A stretch of 64,000 nucleotides of DNA, taken from Chrysemys picta bellii. Its lineage: Eukaryota. Below, piece after piece: positions 12,204 to 25,298 of the stretch. The translations under genes were made by a program, and so were the position numbers. The DNA is taken from assembly GCF_011386835.1 (NCBI RefSeq), contig NC_088791.1, positions 88,784,001 to 88,848,000 on the forward strand, given 5' to 3'. Each line of letters begins with the position of its first letter. Positions within the stretch are counted from its first letter, which is position 1. The notes beneath the pieces were generated by a model. The model was not told the origin of the DNA. It made no database searches and worked only from the letters and a program-made list of their open reading frames with translations.

Positions 12204-12792
12204 TGGCTCGTTTAAAAGCCAGTGCATTCACATTGAAAGGAGCTGTAGGAAGACCATAACTTGTGCTCCTCTAATCACAAGATTTGTGTATGAGGTTTAT
12301 TTAACATTTAAAATTCTTTTGACGAAACAATAGCATCTAGAAAGTATTGTTTCTGAAAGCAGAGTGATGAGTAGGCACATATTTTTGTGATCTCATCTAA
12401 TATTCACCATTTCTTGTCTTATGATGGATGAAGCAATCTGAATACTCCTTACTTGTGGTGAAAACAACGCCAATGAGTCCTTGTGGCACCTTAGAGACTA
12501 ACAAATGTATTTGGTCTTAAGCTTTTGTGGTCTAGAACCCACTTTATCAGATGCATGAAGTGAAAAATACAGGAGCAAGTATAAATACATGAAAGGATGG
12601 GGGTTGCTTTGCCAAGTGTGAGGTCAGTCTAATGAGATTAAATCAATAAACAGCAGGATACCAAGGGAGGAAAAAACAACTTTTTAAGTGGTAAGAGAGT
12701 GGCCCATTACAGACAGTTGACAAGAAGGTGTGAGTAACAGTAGGGAGAAATTAGTATTGGGGAAATTAAGTTTAGGTTTTGTAATGACCCAA

Positions 12793-13068
12793 TCACTCCC
12801 AGTCTTTATTCAGGCCTAGTCTGATTGTATCCAGTTTGCAAATTAATTCCAGTTCTTCAGCTTCACGTTGGAGTCTGTTTTTGAAGTTTTTTTGTTGAAG
12901 AATTGCCACTTTGAGGTCTGTTATTGAGTGACCAGAGAGATTGAAGTGTTCTCCTACTGGTTTTTGAATGTTATGATTCCTGATGTCAGATTTGTGTCCA
13001 TTTGTGTAGAGACTGTCCTGTTTGGCCAATGTACATGGCAGAGGGGCTTTGCTGGCACAGGATGGCAT
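12793..13068 (-). pseudogene. Penelope GIY-YIG endonuclease fragment
   Basis: GHKSDIRN..KPVGEHFNLSGHS..LKVAILQQKNFKNRLQREAEELELICKLDTIRLGLNKD. Confidence 0.75.
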
Positions 13069-13697
13069 ATATCACATTGGTAGGTGAACAAGCCCCAGAT
13101 GGTGTGGCTGATGTGGTAAGGTCCTATGATGGTGTCCCTTGAATAGATATGTGGACAGAGTTGTTACCAGGGTTTGTAGCAGGCTTTGGTTCCTGGGTTG
13201 GTGTTTTTGTTGTATGGTGTGGTGTTGCTGGGGAGTATTTGTTTCAGGTTGAGGGGCTGTCTGTAGGCGAGGACTGACCTATCTCGCAAGGTCTGTGAGA
13301 GTGAGGGATCGTCCCTCAGGAGAGGTTTTAGTTGGGGGCTGTAGGTGACTGCTAGTGGCGTTCTGTTACTTTCTTTGTTGGGCCTGTCTTATAGTAGCTG
13401 ACTTCTCGGTACCCTTCTGGCTCTGTCAATCTGTTTCTTCACTTCACAGGTGGGTATTGCAGTTTTAAGAACACTTGATAGGGATTTTGTAAGTATTTAT
13501 CTCTGTCTGAGGGATTGGAGCAAATGCGGTTGTATGTTAGAGCTTGGCTGTAGACAATGGATCATGTGATGTGGTCTGGATGAAAGCTGAAGGCAAGTAG
13601 GTTACCTGAAGCAAATAACAGACCTAAAAGTGGCACTTGGTAAAGCAACCCCCATCCTTTCATGTATTTATATCTGCTCCTGTATTTTTCACTTCAT

Positions 13698-13737
13698 GCA
13701 TCTGATGAAGTGTGTTCTAGCCCACGAAAGCTTAAGC
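13698..13737 (+). ncRNA. Minimal hammerhead ribozyme motif in the inverted pseudo-LTR
   Basis: GCAT-CTGATGA-A-GTG..CAC-GAAA-GCTT-AAGC; core intact, one stem I mismatch. Confidence 0.6.
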
Positions 13738-14732
13738 CCAAATAAATTTGTTAGTCTCTAAGATGCCACAAGGACTCCTCGTTGTTTTGCTGATACAGAC
13801 TAACGTGGCTACCACTCTGAAACCTTACTTGTGGTGCTGTATCTGAGGAGCACCCTGTGCAAAACTCTCTAAAATTTCACTACAAAGTCTACCTCATGCA
13901 TTTTACAATTCATTACTTTTAAAAGCATTTTTGTATGCACATGCATTTCAGAATACTTTGAAAATAATAATCAGCTTATTTTGGGGGAAGAAGTATTTTA
14001 AGAACCCCTTGAACAAATATCCCTGAATTTGTATCACAAATACTACATAAATCTCTGTTTTACATCTGGGCACATCTCTTCATTACTCAGCTACCTGGTC
14101 CCACCTTATCTTAGTTCATCCAAGCCCATGGTAAGCTTGGAGGTACCACAAGAAGAAGGGAAGGCAGTGGGTCTGTGAAGAGACTATGAGACAATTGGAG
14201 GCAGGAGAGTAGATATGCAGAGTCCCTTCATCTCTAACTAACATTATTACACTGGTAAAAGTTTCTAGTGTAGACCTGGCCAGTGTTTAGAAACATCTCT
14301 CTTCTTCTGTGTTCTAGAGTCTATTGGATTTTGCTTTCTCTTTGATTGGTCCTTACATTGTACTCTCTCTCTCTGTGTCTTTTTCCCCCTTACCTTGTTC
14401 TGAAGGCCAGTACTATAGCTCATCTAATATATTTATATTTTTTCAGCTTGTGATTTCTATCCATAGAGATTCATCTATATAGTCTTCTCCACTCAGAAAA
14501 TTAATCTTGATGAATTCTTTGGTATGCTTTACTGAGCTTCTCCACAACCTCTTTGGCCTAATCTCTTTCTTCTATAGTTTTTAACTAGTAATTATAGTAA
14601 TTTTTAGTCGTTCCACCCAGTTTATGTAATGCATATTTTATCAAGGTCCTTGAACTTTTCAAGGCGTGATAGTTCACATTTTTATTTGTAAACTTCTAGC
14701 ATTAGGATATATAAATGTACAATTTTAATGGT

Positions 14733-15604
14733 TGTAACGTTGTGCAGTCTATATGGTTTTATAAAAACATGATAATAGGTGAATATAATGTAACTGGGAT
14801 AGTTTTAGAAAAAATATGGTAATAAGTGAATATAACGTAATTGGGATATGCTTCATGCAAAAGGTCTCTTGTAAGGTATCATTACAAAACTCATAATCTA
14901 CTGAGTGTGATCATCCTATTTGTAGAAATGTACCACCCACAAGAGAGGAGCCATCATGAAGAATCCCGTAGCTATCACCTGAGCTGCAACAAGAGCTGTA
15001 CCAGGGGAAAGAATTGTGCCCAGGCTTGGAAGGTGTCCAGTCTGAGAAAAAACGTACCGAAGCATCTCTGAGGGTGAGATTATCTGTATTCAGTTTGATT
15101 AGGCATAGATTTGTGCATTTTATTTTATTTTGCTTGGTGACTTACTTTGTTCTGTTACTACTTGGAACCACTTAAATCCTACTGTCTGTATTTAATAAAA
15201 TCACTTTTTATTTAGTAATTTACTCAGAGTATGTATTAATACCTGGGGGAGCAAACAACTGTGCATATTTCTCTATCAGTGTTATAGAGGGCGAAGAATT
15301 TATGAGTTTGCCCTGCATAAGCTTTATGCAGGGTAAAACGGATTTATCTGGGTTTAGGCCCCATTGGGAGTTGGGCATCTGAGTGCTAGAGACAAACACA
15401 CTTCTGTGAGCTGTTTTCAGGTAAACTTGCAGCTTTGGGGCAAGTGATTCAGACCCTGGTTCTGTGTTGAAGCCAGATGGGAGTGTCTGGCTCAGCAAGA
15501 CAGGGTGCTGGAGTCCTAAGCTGGCAGGGAAAACAGGAGCAGGGGTAGTCTTGGCACATCAGGTGGCAGCTCCCAAGGGGGTTTCTGTGATCCAACCCGT
15601 CACA
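14733..15604 (+). mobile_element. Solo LTR, internally deleted copy of the 59856-61043 family
   Basis: TG..CA ends, 5-bp target duplication ATGGT; lacks about 316 bp including the TATA present in the other copy. Confidence 0.85.
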
Positions 15605-16448
15605 ATGGTTAATTATGAATTATTTATTATTATTTATTATTGGCCAGGAGCCTATTTTTAACCCCTCCATTAGACAGTCTGAAAATTTTACCTCTGGGTT
15701 TTATCCTAGACTTCTTCACAGTTCATCTGTAATTTGCATTAGAAATTGTATTGGATACAAAGACACTGTTGTATTACTAGTGTCTTTAAACAGATGCCTG
15801 TCTAATTTGTATGTTCCTCAGCTTCCCAGATAAGTGTGCTCCTCCCAGGCCATCCTTACCATTTTTACCCCCACATGCCCTTTCCTGTATAATATTCTGA
15901 TTTCAGGAGGAACACCCCTAGATAATCCACTAAGTGAAATACACACTTAAATTTGAGCTCTGAATACCATCCTTCTTTATTTGCTTATTTACAATTTATG
16001 AGTATTATCTACAAGACATACCAGTGATTTTACTTTATTGATTAAACCAATCTTTAAAGCTAAATGCTGAATAGGGAATGGGGCAATATTTATTTGGCTA
16101 TATAAAATACACTTTTACATGAAATACAAATTTCTGCAAATGGGAAATGTATTACATCTTAAAAGGGGACATTAATAAACACAGAAAGATAAAAGACAAA
16201 AGCACTGCCTTTATCATCACACAAAAGTACCCATTAATTTGGCTAGGAAAAAAAAATAAGAATTTAATGAAGGCAGCCTAATTGGAAGTTGTGTGCTACC
16301 TCAAGCACATACTTTGAAAATCTAGAGTCATCCTAGATGGTTTCTTACTGTCAGAATTTTTAATTTAGGTAAGCAGCAACAGTGACGTCTTGTGATTAAA
16401 GGATACACGTTATGGGCGTGTTACAGCTCTTTTCAATGCTGATGTAGT

Positions 16449-16464
16449 GGCTCTTAAAAGAGCC
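16449..16464 (-). terminator. Histone 3' stem-loop (H3)
   Basis: GGCTCTTTTAAGAGCC then HDE-like AAAAGAGCTGT. Confidence 0.95.
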
Positions 16465-16513
16465 TTGGAGTATTTTGGAGTATTCAAGTAGTCAGAATGC
16501 AGCGGTACAGCCT

Positions 16514-16945
<432 letters not shown>

Positions 16946-18854
16946 CTACTTCAAATAAAAGAGTGTAGTGCTCTAGAGGTATTTATAGAAAAATATCCTC
17001 TCTCTGATTGGCTTATGAGAAGAAGCCAAGCTCCATTGGCTAATTTGAACATTTGTAAATCCCGCGCTTCGCTATGCAAAGAAATGCGACACTGCTAGTC
17101 TACTCTTACTGTTTCCCGGATCTATTCTCGCCACCACTATCCCATTCCCTGAAATTTATGATTCTTGGACCACACCAGCGTCCCGTTTTCCTGAGGTTTC
17201 CTTTCTTGCTGAAACCCCTTCGCCATACAGAATCCTTCCCTTCCCTGCCTCCCACGTTTATCTCTTTTTTATTTATATATTTTATTTTTAAATTGAACAA
17301 TTTGTTAATCTGTATACCATTCCCTCGTCCTCCTCTTAACGTTGAACAATCGTCACCAGCACCAATCTCAGGAGACAGGGGAGTTAAACCACATGGGCAG
17401 CAAATCTCTCTGTGCCTGTTCTAGTTAGTGTTTTAATTAGCAGGCTTTCAGAAGATGAAAGCGCTACCTCACACTTCTTCCCTCTCATACTGAAGGGCAC
17501 CCCCTTTTTTATGAAGAATCTCTTTACTGTCCTTCCACACTGCCTTAAGCCTCAAACAGATTACAGACCAGGGGCAGCCTTAAATTGTAATCCCTTGCAA
17601 TATTTAAGTAGTAAAAGGATAACTTTTCTTTATCTGCATTTTCATCCTGACCTATCTTGTTTTACAAGAAACCACCTGGTTTAGCAGATGGCCTTCAGGA
17701 GCAGAAAAATAATGCACAGCTCGATAGACATAAATCTCTTTCCTTCTCTCCCCTTTCTTCGCTCCTAAAACAAACAAAAAATCAGACCTTTGCTCACTTT
17801 TCAATTAGATCAGACATCATTACATAAAAACTGTTCAAGCCACCTGCTTATCTTTTACATACCTCACCCCAAACTACACACAATAATTGCTCTCTTTTAA
17901 ATGTTATTTTTCTTCAGATTCATGGGAATAAAGGTCTTTAAAAGACTGCAGAAGGTTTTCTTTTGTTTTGGAAAGTAGAGAGAACATTCTGAATGAGTAC
18001 TTAATGCATCCTCCAACTGCTATACATTATTTCTGCCTAAAAGAGAAAATTAGAATGATATAAACACAGAGGATTTTCACTGGCTAATCACTGTAGAAGA
18101 ATTTTCAAATTCACCCATGGGTTTCATCCCATTCCCAGTAGCCAGATAGAAATCACAAAGAATCTGAACCCTTTCCCTCACTCAGTTCAAAGAATGGCCC
18201 AAAACTTCCAACCCCATTATACAATTACAGTGTGGCTATTTTCCTATAGGGCAGAGTTTGCAGAAATAGAATGGTTGGCTCCCACACTCAGACTCTCAAC
18301 TTGTTGGAAGCTGTATCTTCCAAACCTATTTCTTAAAAAAATATTACAACTGAAAATTCTTTTTAATATTTCAATAATGCTGCTTTCTAGCTGGAGCGGG
18401 AATCTAGTTGATGAGTGTCTGCTGTCACTCAGCTTGCCAAAGAATGTTTTGGAAGGCCCTACAAAGCCATCCCCAGTCATAGGATCATTTACTGCAGAAA
18501 GTATTTAGAACAATCTTCTTCTCAATAAAAGCTTTAATATTTTAAATCCACCACATGAATGTATTTTATGAGTTTCACCTCTTCAAGGATCCACCCTTTT
18601 TCCGCATATGTGATATAGAGCTGGAGAAAAAAAATACAACTTCTATGAAACCACCTATTTTTATTAGGCCCACGAAGGATAATTTCTTGCTTAGAATACA
18701 TGTAGGAATATTAAATGTAGTTTTACTGAAAGTTATGTATTTAGTAGTTTAGCATTTCCCCCCCCCTGGAGTTAAAGAAGAAGCTACTAAAATATCAGTT
18801 CTTATTGTGAAAGCTTGAAAGATCTGATTTGTTTTTAATGGGGTGGAGGGATGG

Positions 18855-19030
18855 ACAGCCACCAATTCTGTAGAGAGCATGGCCCTGGCCTTTCTCAGCA
18901 TAGACCACATACCTAATGACCATCTTTCTGTCTAGCATGTTCATCAGATGATAGTATTGTGGACTATAATCCCCAAGAAAACTTTCAACACACTCCAAGT
19001 CTATTTGTAAATCAGCTCCCAATGATAAGC
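18855..19030 (-). pseudogene. H4: Degenerate histone H4 pseudogene
   Basis: VLKVFLG and RKMVIRYVVYAEKGQGHALYRIGG align with VLKVFLE and [25 protein letters not shown]; stops and indels; weaker similarity may reach about 19160. Confidence 0.75.
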
Positions 19031-19497
19031 TAAGAATGATAATTTATCTTATATGGGAACACTTAGAAAGATGCAACTTAAAACTATTCCCATAAAGATT
19101 TCCAGTGCATAAACATATCTCCATAAGCCTCTAATTAGTTATTGGTGTTGTGGAAATAGGAAATATTTAAAAAGATTTAATGGAAGTGAAAGATTTAGTT
19201 CAGGGAGCTAGATCTCAATCTATGTTCAAAGCCTGAAAGAAGTTTGCCTTACTTTCTTCACTTTAAAATCATTTTACAGAGGAAATTGATTCAAATCAAG
19301 GGTTTTCTACCCTGATATATAGAAAACGCCTTAAAGAATAATATTTAATTGTAATTGTGGTTTTATGAACAACTATTACCTTTTATTTCACAAGGAAAAA
19401 CTAGTTTCCCTGTCCCTAAATCTCTACAATTCCAAGATTTAATGTTTATTGACTCTTCTTTAAACCCACCTTTATTCAACTTGAAATTCTGCTGAAC

Positions 19498-19690
19498 AAA
19501 AATACCCAGTTTCCTCTTCACTCAGGTAAGAAATTGGGTTATTGTGAGGCAGATATTGGACAAAAAAATACACTTTTTTTAAAAAATGTGAAAAAAACAC
19601 AAATCGAGCGGGAAGACGTCTCCGATCTGCCTTGCTGGGCGGGTTTCTTAACGCACCAATCACAGGGCTGCTCCTGTATATAAATACCAG
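19498..19690 (+). promoter_or_regulatory. H1 promoter
   Basis: Distal AAATACCCAGTTTCC element, H1 box AAACACA (19595-19601), GGGCGGG, CCAAT, TATATAAATA. Confidence 0.9.
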
Positions 19691-19760
19691 GCAACTGAAC
19701 TAATCCACCCCAAGTGGTTTGGTTTGGTTTTGCTAGTGTGTAAGAGAAATAATAGTCACT

Positions 19761-20414
19761 ATGTCCGAAACGGCGCCTGTTGCAGCTCCTGCTGTCTCTG
19801 CTCCTGAGGCAAAAGCCGCCGCTAAGAAACCGAAGAAGACGACAGGCGGCTCTAAAGCCCGCAAGCCTCCAGGTCCCAGCGTGACCGAGCTGATCACCAA
19901 GGCGGTGTCCGCTTCCAAGGAGCGCAAAGGGGTCTCGCTGGCAGCTGTTAAGAAGGCTCTGGCCGCCGGAGGGTACGATGTAGAGAAAAGCAACAGCCGC
20001 ATCAAAGTAGGACTCAAAAGTCTGGTGAGCAAAGGTACGTTGGTGCAGACCAAAGGCACCGGCGCATCGGGCTCTTTTAAACTCAACAAGAAACCGGCTG
20101 AGACCAAGGAGAAGGCGCCGAAGAAAAAGCCAGCGGCAAAGCCTAAGAAACCAGCTGCCAAGAAACCCGCCAGCGCCGCCAAGAAACCCAAAAAGGCTGC
20201 GGCCGTGAAAAAGAGCCCGAAAAAAGTCAAGAAACCAGCAGCTGCCGCGCCCAAGAAAGCGGCCAAGAGCCCGAAAAAGGTTAAAGCGGCTAAGCCCAAG
20301 AAGGCAGCTAAGAGCCCGGCTAAGGCCAAAGCGGTGAAACCCAAGGTAGCCAAGCCTAAGCCAACCAAACCTAAAGTAGCAAAGGCTAAGAAGGCAGCGC
20401 CCAAGAAGAAGTAA
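19761..20414 (+). CDS. H1: Histone H1, intact
   Basis: 217 aa; MSETAPVA N-terminus, globular domain ([20 protein letters not shown]), Lys-rich tail with SPKK motifs. Confidence 0.97.
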   Translation: MSETAPVAAPAVSAPEAKAAAKKPKKTTGGSKARKPPGPSVTELITKAVSASKERKGVSLAAVKKALAAGGYDVEKSNSRIKVGLKSLVSKGTLVQTKGTGASGSFKLNKKPAETKEKAPKKKPAAKPKKPAAKKPASAAKKPKKAAAVKKSPKKVKKPAAAAPKKAAKSPKKVKAAKPKKAAKSPAKAKAVKPKVAKPKPTKPKVAKAKKAAPKKK

Positions 20415-20444
20415 AGAGTCACTTTCCTTTTAGATGAACCCAAC

Positions 20445-20460
20445 GGCTCTTTTAAGAGCC
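20445..20460 (+). terminator. Histone 3' stem-loop (H1)
   Basis: GGCTCTTTTAAGAGCC-ACCCA. Confidence 0.95.
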
Positions 20461-20710
20461 ACCCATCCCTTTCAAAAACAGAGCTGATTCACTTACTGTA
20501 ACGTCAGGCTGCTTTCTAGGATCAGTTCCCTTCCTCCCTTACCATTATACAAACTGAGGGGTAAAGGAGAAGCGACTCCGGTCAAAGATATGCACAGTGT
20601 ATGCAATTTACTGTAGTAGCTCATTCTCCCTAACCCCGAGTAAAGAGACTATAGTAATTCCGGCTTTTAATTTCCTCCCTTCGCCCCCCGCATTCATGGT
20701 TATTTTTTCT

Positions 20711-20746
20711 AGTCTCTAAGGTGCCACAAGCACTCCTGTTCTTTTT
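20711..20746 (+). mobile_element. Very short Penelope-like 3' terminus
   Basis: AGTCTCTAAGGTGCCACAAGCACTCCTGTTCTTTTT matches the element termini at 2570-2602 and 13755-13790. Confidence 0.6.
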
Positions 20747-20859
20747 ACCTAGAGCGTGCAGCTTTCAAGCAGTTGGAGGAAACAGGCCTCACCATACATT
20801 CTCAAAGGGATGAGTCAGAATATATGTGCCCTGTCCTTTGTTCACAGGGTGAGTTACAG

Positions 20860-20962
20860 GGCTCGATGATTGTATATGGACAAAATCCTTTTCTGGTTTG
20901 CTGGTGGGAGGGAATGAAGCAGTTGGTAAATTTGAAAAGCCCGCTCTATGCAAGGATTGGCC
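20860..20962 (-). promoter_or_regulatory. Orphan promoter-like module, copy
   Basis: Reverse strand CCAATCCTTGCATAGAGCGGGCTTTTCAAATTTACCAA, between convergent H1 and H2A 3' ends. Confidence 0.5.
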
Positions 20963-21522
20963 AGACAACCCGGAACGTTATTCCCGTTCAGAGGAAATCC
21001 GTCTACTTTCATTAACTCTCTAACTGTTGAAGAAGAGAGTCTTGATAAATGTTTTAGTTCAAGTTTATTCCCCGGCCTTCCCGCCAAAGTCAATTCATAG
21101 GCCTTTTGGAAAACTTTCAAATCTAGAACAAATAACCGATAAAGGGTACCGTATTTCCCATTTTATTTTATTGCATTGTCTCTGGAAACCACATCTAGCA
21201 ACAGGTTACTGTCATATTAGGAATTCCCGCCTTTTCACACTGGCCAAACAATTACACGAAAAGGAAATGGTGCCAATTTAATCCGGCTTTCAACAGTGAA
21301 CTCACTGTCCGGGAGGTTTCTGTCTTCTACAAACCTTACGAACACGTATTTCAAATTAGGAGAGACTCAGTGTCTTGTTTGTAGGAAAACAGACTTCTGC
21401 CGAATTGTTAAATTTTCGTTCAGATACCTATATTCCAGCTATTGTAACTCCAATTCAATCATTTATTCCCAGAAAGGAAAAAATGGTTACAGATAATTAA
21501 GCCCTTTTTTGATTTTGTGGGT

Positions 21523-21538
21523 GGCTCTGAAAAGAGCC
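21523..21538 (-). terminator. Histone 3' stem-loop (H2A)
   Basis: GGCTCTTTTCAGAGCC-ACCCA. Confidence 0.95.
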
Positions 21539-21585
21539 TTTGGGTTGGTTTTGAACTGAAGATTTTTGCTGCTTTCTGATCAGCT

Positions 21586-22695
<1,110 letters not shown>

Positions 22696-22733
22696 ATAGT
22701 TTGCTGTGAGACTACGAACACCTATAACCCAAA

Positions 22734-22749
22734 GGCTCTTTTAAGAGCC
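22734..22749 (+). terminator. Histone 3' stem-loop (H2B)
   Basis: GGCTCTTTTAAGAGCC then HDE-like CAAAGAGCT. Confidence 0.95.
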
Positions 22750-23490
22750 ATCCACTTTCTCACCCAAAGAGCTTTGATATCACTAACTGCTGCTGCTTGT
22801 GTTCTTCAAACTACAACAAAGTGTATTTTTAAAACACTGTATTTGTGCTTTAGTTTCAGGCGACTTGTTAAAGCATTTTTTAAAATTGCATATGCCCCCT
22901 ATATCGAGGGGGGACTGATTTCGTTTTAGTAAATAGCATTGTCAATTTAAACTATATCGGGGTTTCAAATTTTAAGGAAAAATGTAGGTGTCCCTCGTCC
23001 TTCTCGTTTCTCCCCCTCCCAACCAATATTTCGGTGATGTGTCCCGCCCCCATCCCCCAAGAAATATAAAATATGGCTAAACGGTTTGTCCAGTAAATAA
23101 AGTATTTGAAATTTTACCAGATGACACGGTTCAGTACTCTATTTTACTGAAGAATAATCCCAGAGGTTCGCCTAAAAAGTTTTGGCTCCATGAATATCCT
23201 TATCTGCTTATTCGAAATGTATAAATCCTATCTGCCTGAAGGATAGTTGGTTTGCCTCATTGTTTCTATCATTCTTTAAATTCCTGTAGCTAAAACTCAA
23301 ATGCTTCCCCCCCCCCTCTAGTTTATCTGAATAATCTTGCTATTTGGGACTATTAGTATAAGAATATAAACATTAACAAATGTTACAAGTTATGGGGGTG
23401 TTACAGCTCCTTTCAGCGTGAAGGTAGTGGGTTTTAAAAGAGCCTTTTGGTCGTTTGGAAGTTGCAGAAGAGAGCTGAGCTGAGCAGCCT

Positions 23491-23665
23491 GTAAACCCTT
23501 TCACCACTGTTACGCCGGGGTAACTGGATGACCTTGGGCAGGAGGTCACTCTCTTTGGCGTGAATAGCACACAGGTTAAATTTAATATCCTCAAAGAGCC
23601 CCGCCAAGTAGGGTTCGCTGGCTTCCTATCAGGCCATAACGGCCGAGCTCTGGAAGCACAGATAG
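23491..23665 (-). pseudogene. H3: Histone H3 pseudogene, C-terminal 40% only
   Basis: [20 protein letters not shown] recognisable with indels; stop lost; stem-loop decayed to GGCTCTTTTAAAACCC (23429-23444). Confidence 0.9.
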
Positions 23666-24387
23666 AAAGCGGTCGCCACAAGCTGGCTGGTTCCCTGAAA
23701 TTCAGGATCCTAGAACCAGCCCAGTACCGCGTTCTTTTGCTGCCCCTTCTCTCCTCCCCCGACACTCGGTCTACAAAACCGCCTTCCCTTTTCTGCCACC
23801 TCGGTGCATATTTTATTTCTTCCATTATATCAGAGGCTCCATGTCTCCCTATTTTTCCTTCAAAACGACCAGTCCATTAATCAATATCATCCCTGCTTTC
23901 TGTCTTTTACCGCTGAACAATCATCATGCACACAAATCCCCGGAGACAAGGAAGGGGTGGGGATAATAGAAATAGTTAACCCACAGAATGGGCTGAAACC
24001 TCTCTCGATCCTCGTTGTAGTTTGTGTTTTAATCTGTGGTGTGGTTATTTAGAGCGTGGCACAACTACCCTTCAATAATTATCAAGGTTCCTTCTTATCA
24101 TTCGTATACCCCACCTCAAACTAGCCCATTGGAGACTTGTTTACAGGTTACTTCTAGCGAGATTGAGAATAAAGGTTTCCACGTGATCAATCTGTTTAAA
24201 AGCAAAATAGAAAATACTTTGACTACCCCCACCCCTAGCCCTTTGTTACACGATGGTGTTTCAAAATCCGATAGAAAACCCCGCAGAAGATAATTTTATA
24301 CTCAGTGAATATTCCAAACGCCACATACAGAAGTCTATGTAGTTCTAAGTATTTTCAAAGAGGAAATACAGCGGAAGGTTAGCATTA

Positions 24388-24490
24388 ACCAATCCTTTAG
24401 CAGCGCGGGCTTTTCAAACTAACCAATGGGTAAATCTCGCTTTCAATAGCCAAACAGAAAAGATATTTTGGTCCCTAAATCACCCTGTTG
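24388..24490 (+). promoter_or_regulatory. Orphan promoter-like module, copy
   Basis: CCAATCCTTTAGCAGCGCGGGCTTTTCAAACTAACCAAT. Confidence 0.5.
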
Positions 24491-25193
24491 CTCCCTTCCC
24501 TGTTCCCTCATTTTCTATCCTCATCTTCACCCCTTGGAGACCAAAGCTGATGTGCGACTCCAGGAACAGCCCGCCCCCTCCCCCCCCCCCAAAAAAAAGC
24601 TTTCTAGCAGGGATTGGAAAGAGCTCTTCTGTCCTTCCTCGGGAGATTCCACCCCCTGTAAGACTGCTGCCGGAGGAAACGGCTAAACAGACTGCTCCAA
24701 AGGCCACTTCCAATTAACGGGTGTCTTAAGAAGAGTTTTTAGAACCACCCAATCTTCGTTAAAGGGTTTTAATACTTTTCTTTAAATATATTACTTGAAT
24801 ATGTAGCAAATGAAATAAAGTACATAACTAAACAGTAATCAAGCCTGTGCTTTCCTGAGCCCTCTTACAATTAATGACTTGTTCTCCAAGTATCCCCACC
24901 CCAATATGTGCCATGGAGCTAGAGAACATAAACACAGCTGTTTTCATACAATGTTTCTTACTCGTCAACATACTAATTTACTGCCTACTAAAATAACATG
25001 ATTAAATAGTATAGTAAGTGTAGTTTTCTTTGGTAGGACAATATGTATTTACAATTTAGCATGTAGAATAAAAGCCTAGAACAGTTCTTATCGTGAAAGC
25101 ATAGATGGCTCTGAGAAGACCTTTTGATTTAAATTTTTGGTCATTCCTGGGGGAAAGAAAAGAACCTATATTTGCTGAATCAGTAGAATGCAG

Positions 25194-25298
25194 CTTAGAG
25201 TATAGACCACATCCATGGCAGTCACAGTCTTCCACTTGGCACGTTCAGTGTAAGTAACAGCATCATGCATCACATTCTCCAAGAAAACCTTTAGTACC
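25194..25298 (-). pseudogene. H4: Histone H4 pseudogene fragment
   Basis: [34 protein letters not shown]; decayed stem-loop near 25107-25121. Confidence 0.9.

Larger units (their letters stand above)
12461..13822 (-). mobile_element. Penelope-like element, 5'-truncated, with inverted pseudo-LTR
   Basis: GIY-YIG endonuclease C-terminus at 12793-13068 (-); inverted copy of the 3' end at about 13630-13822 (+); 14-bp target duplication CCTTACTTGTGGTG (12447-12460 / 13823-13836). Confidence 0.85.

Noticed and set aside
24534-24686. LETKADV / LETEADV frames after two orphan modules (also at 3459) resembling an H1 N-terminus
   Set aside because: No ATG and no globular-domain trace; the similarity is explained by the segmental duplication.
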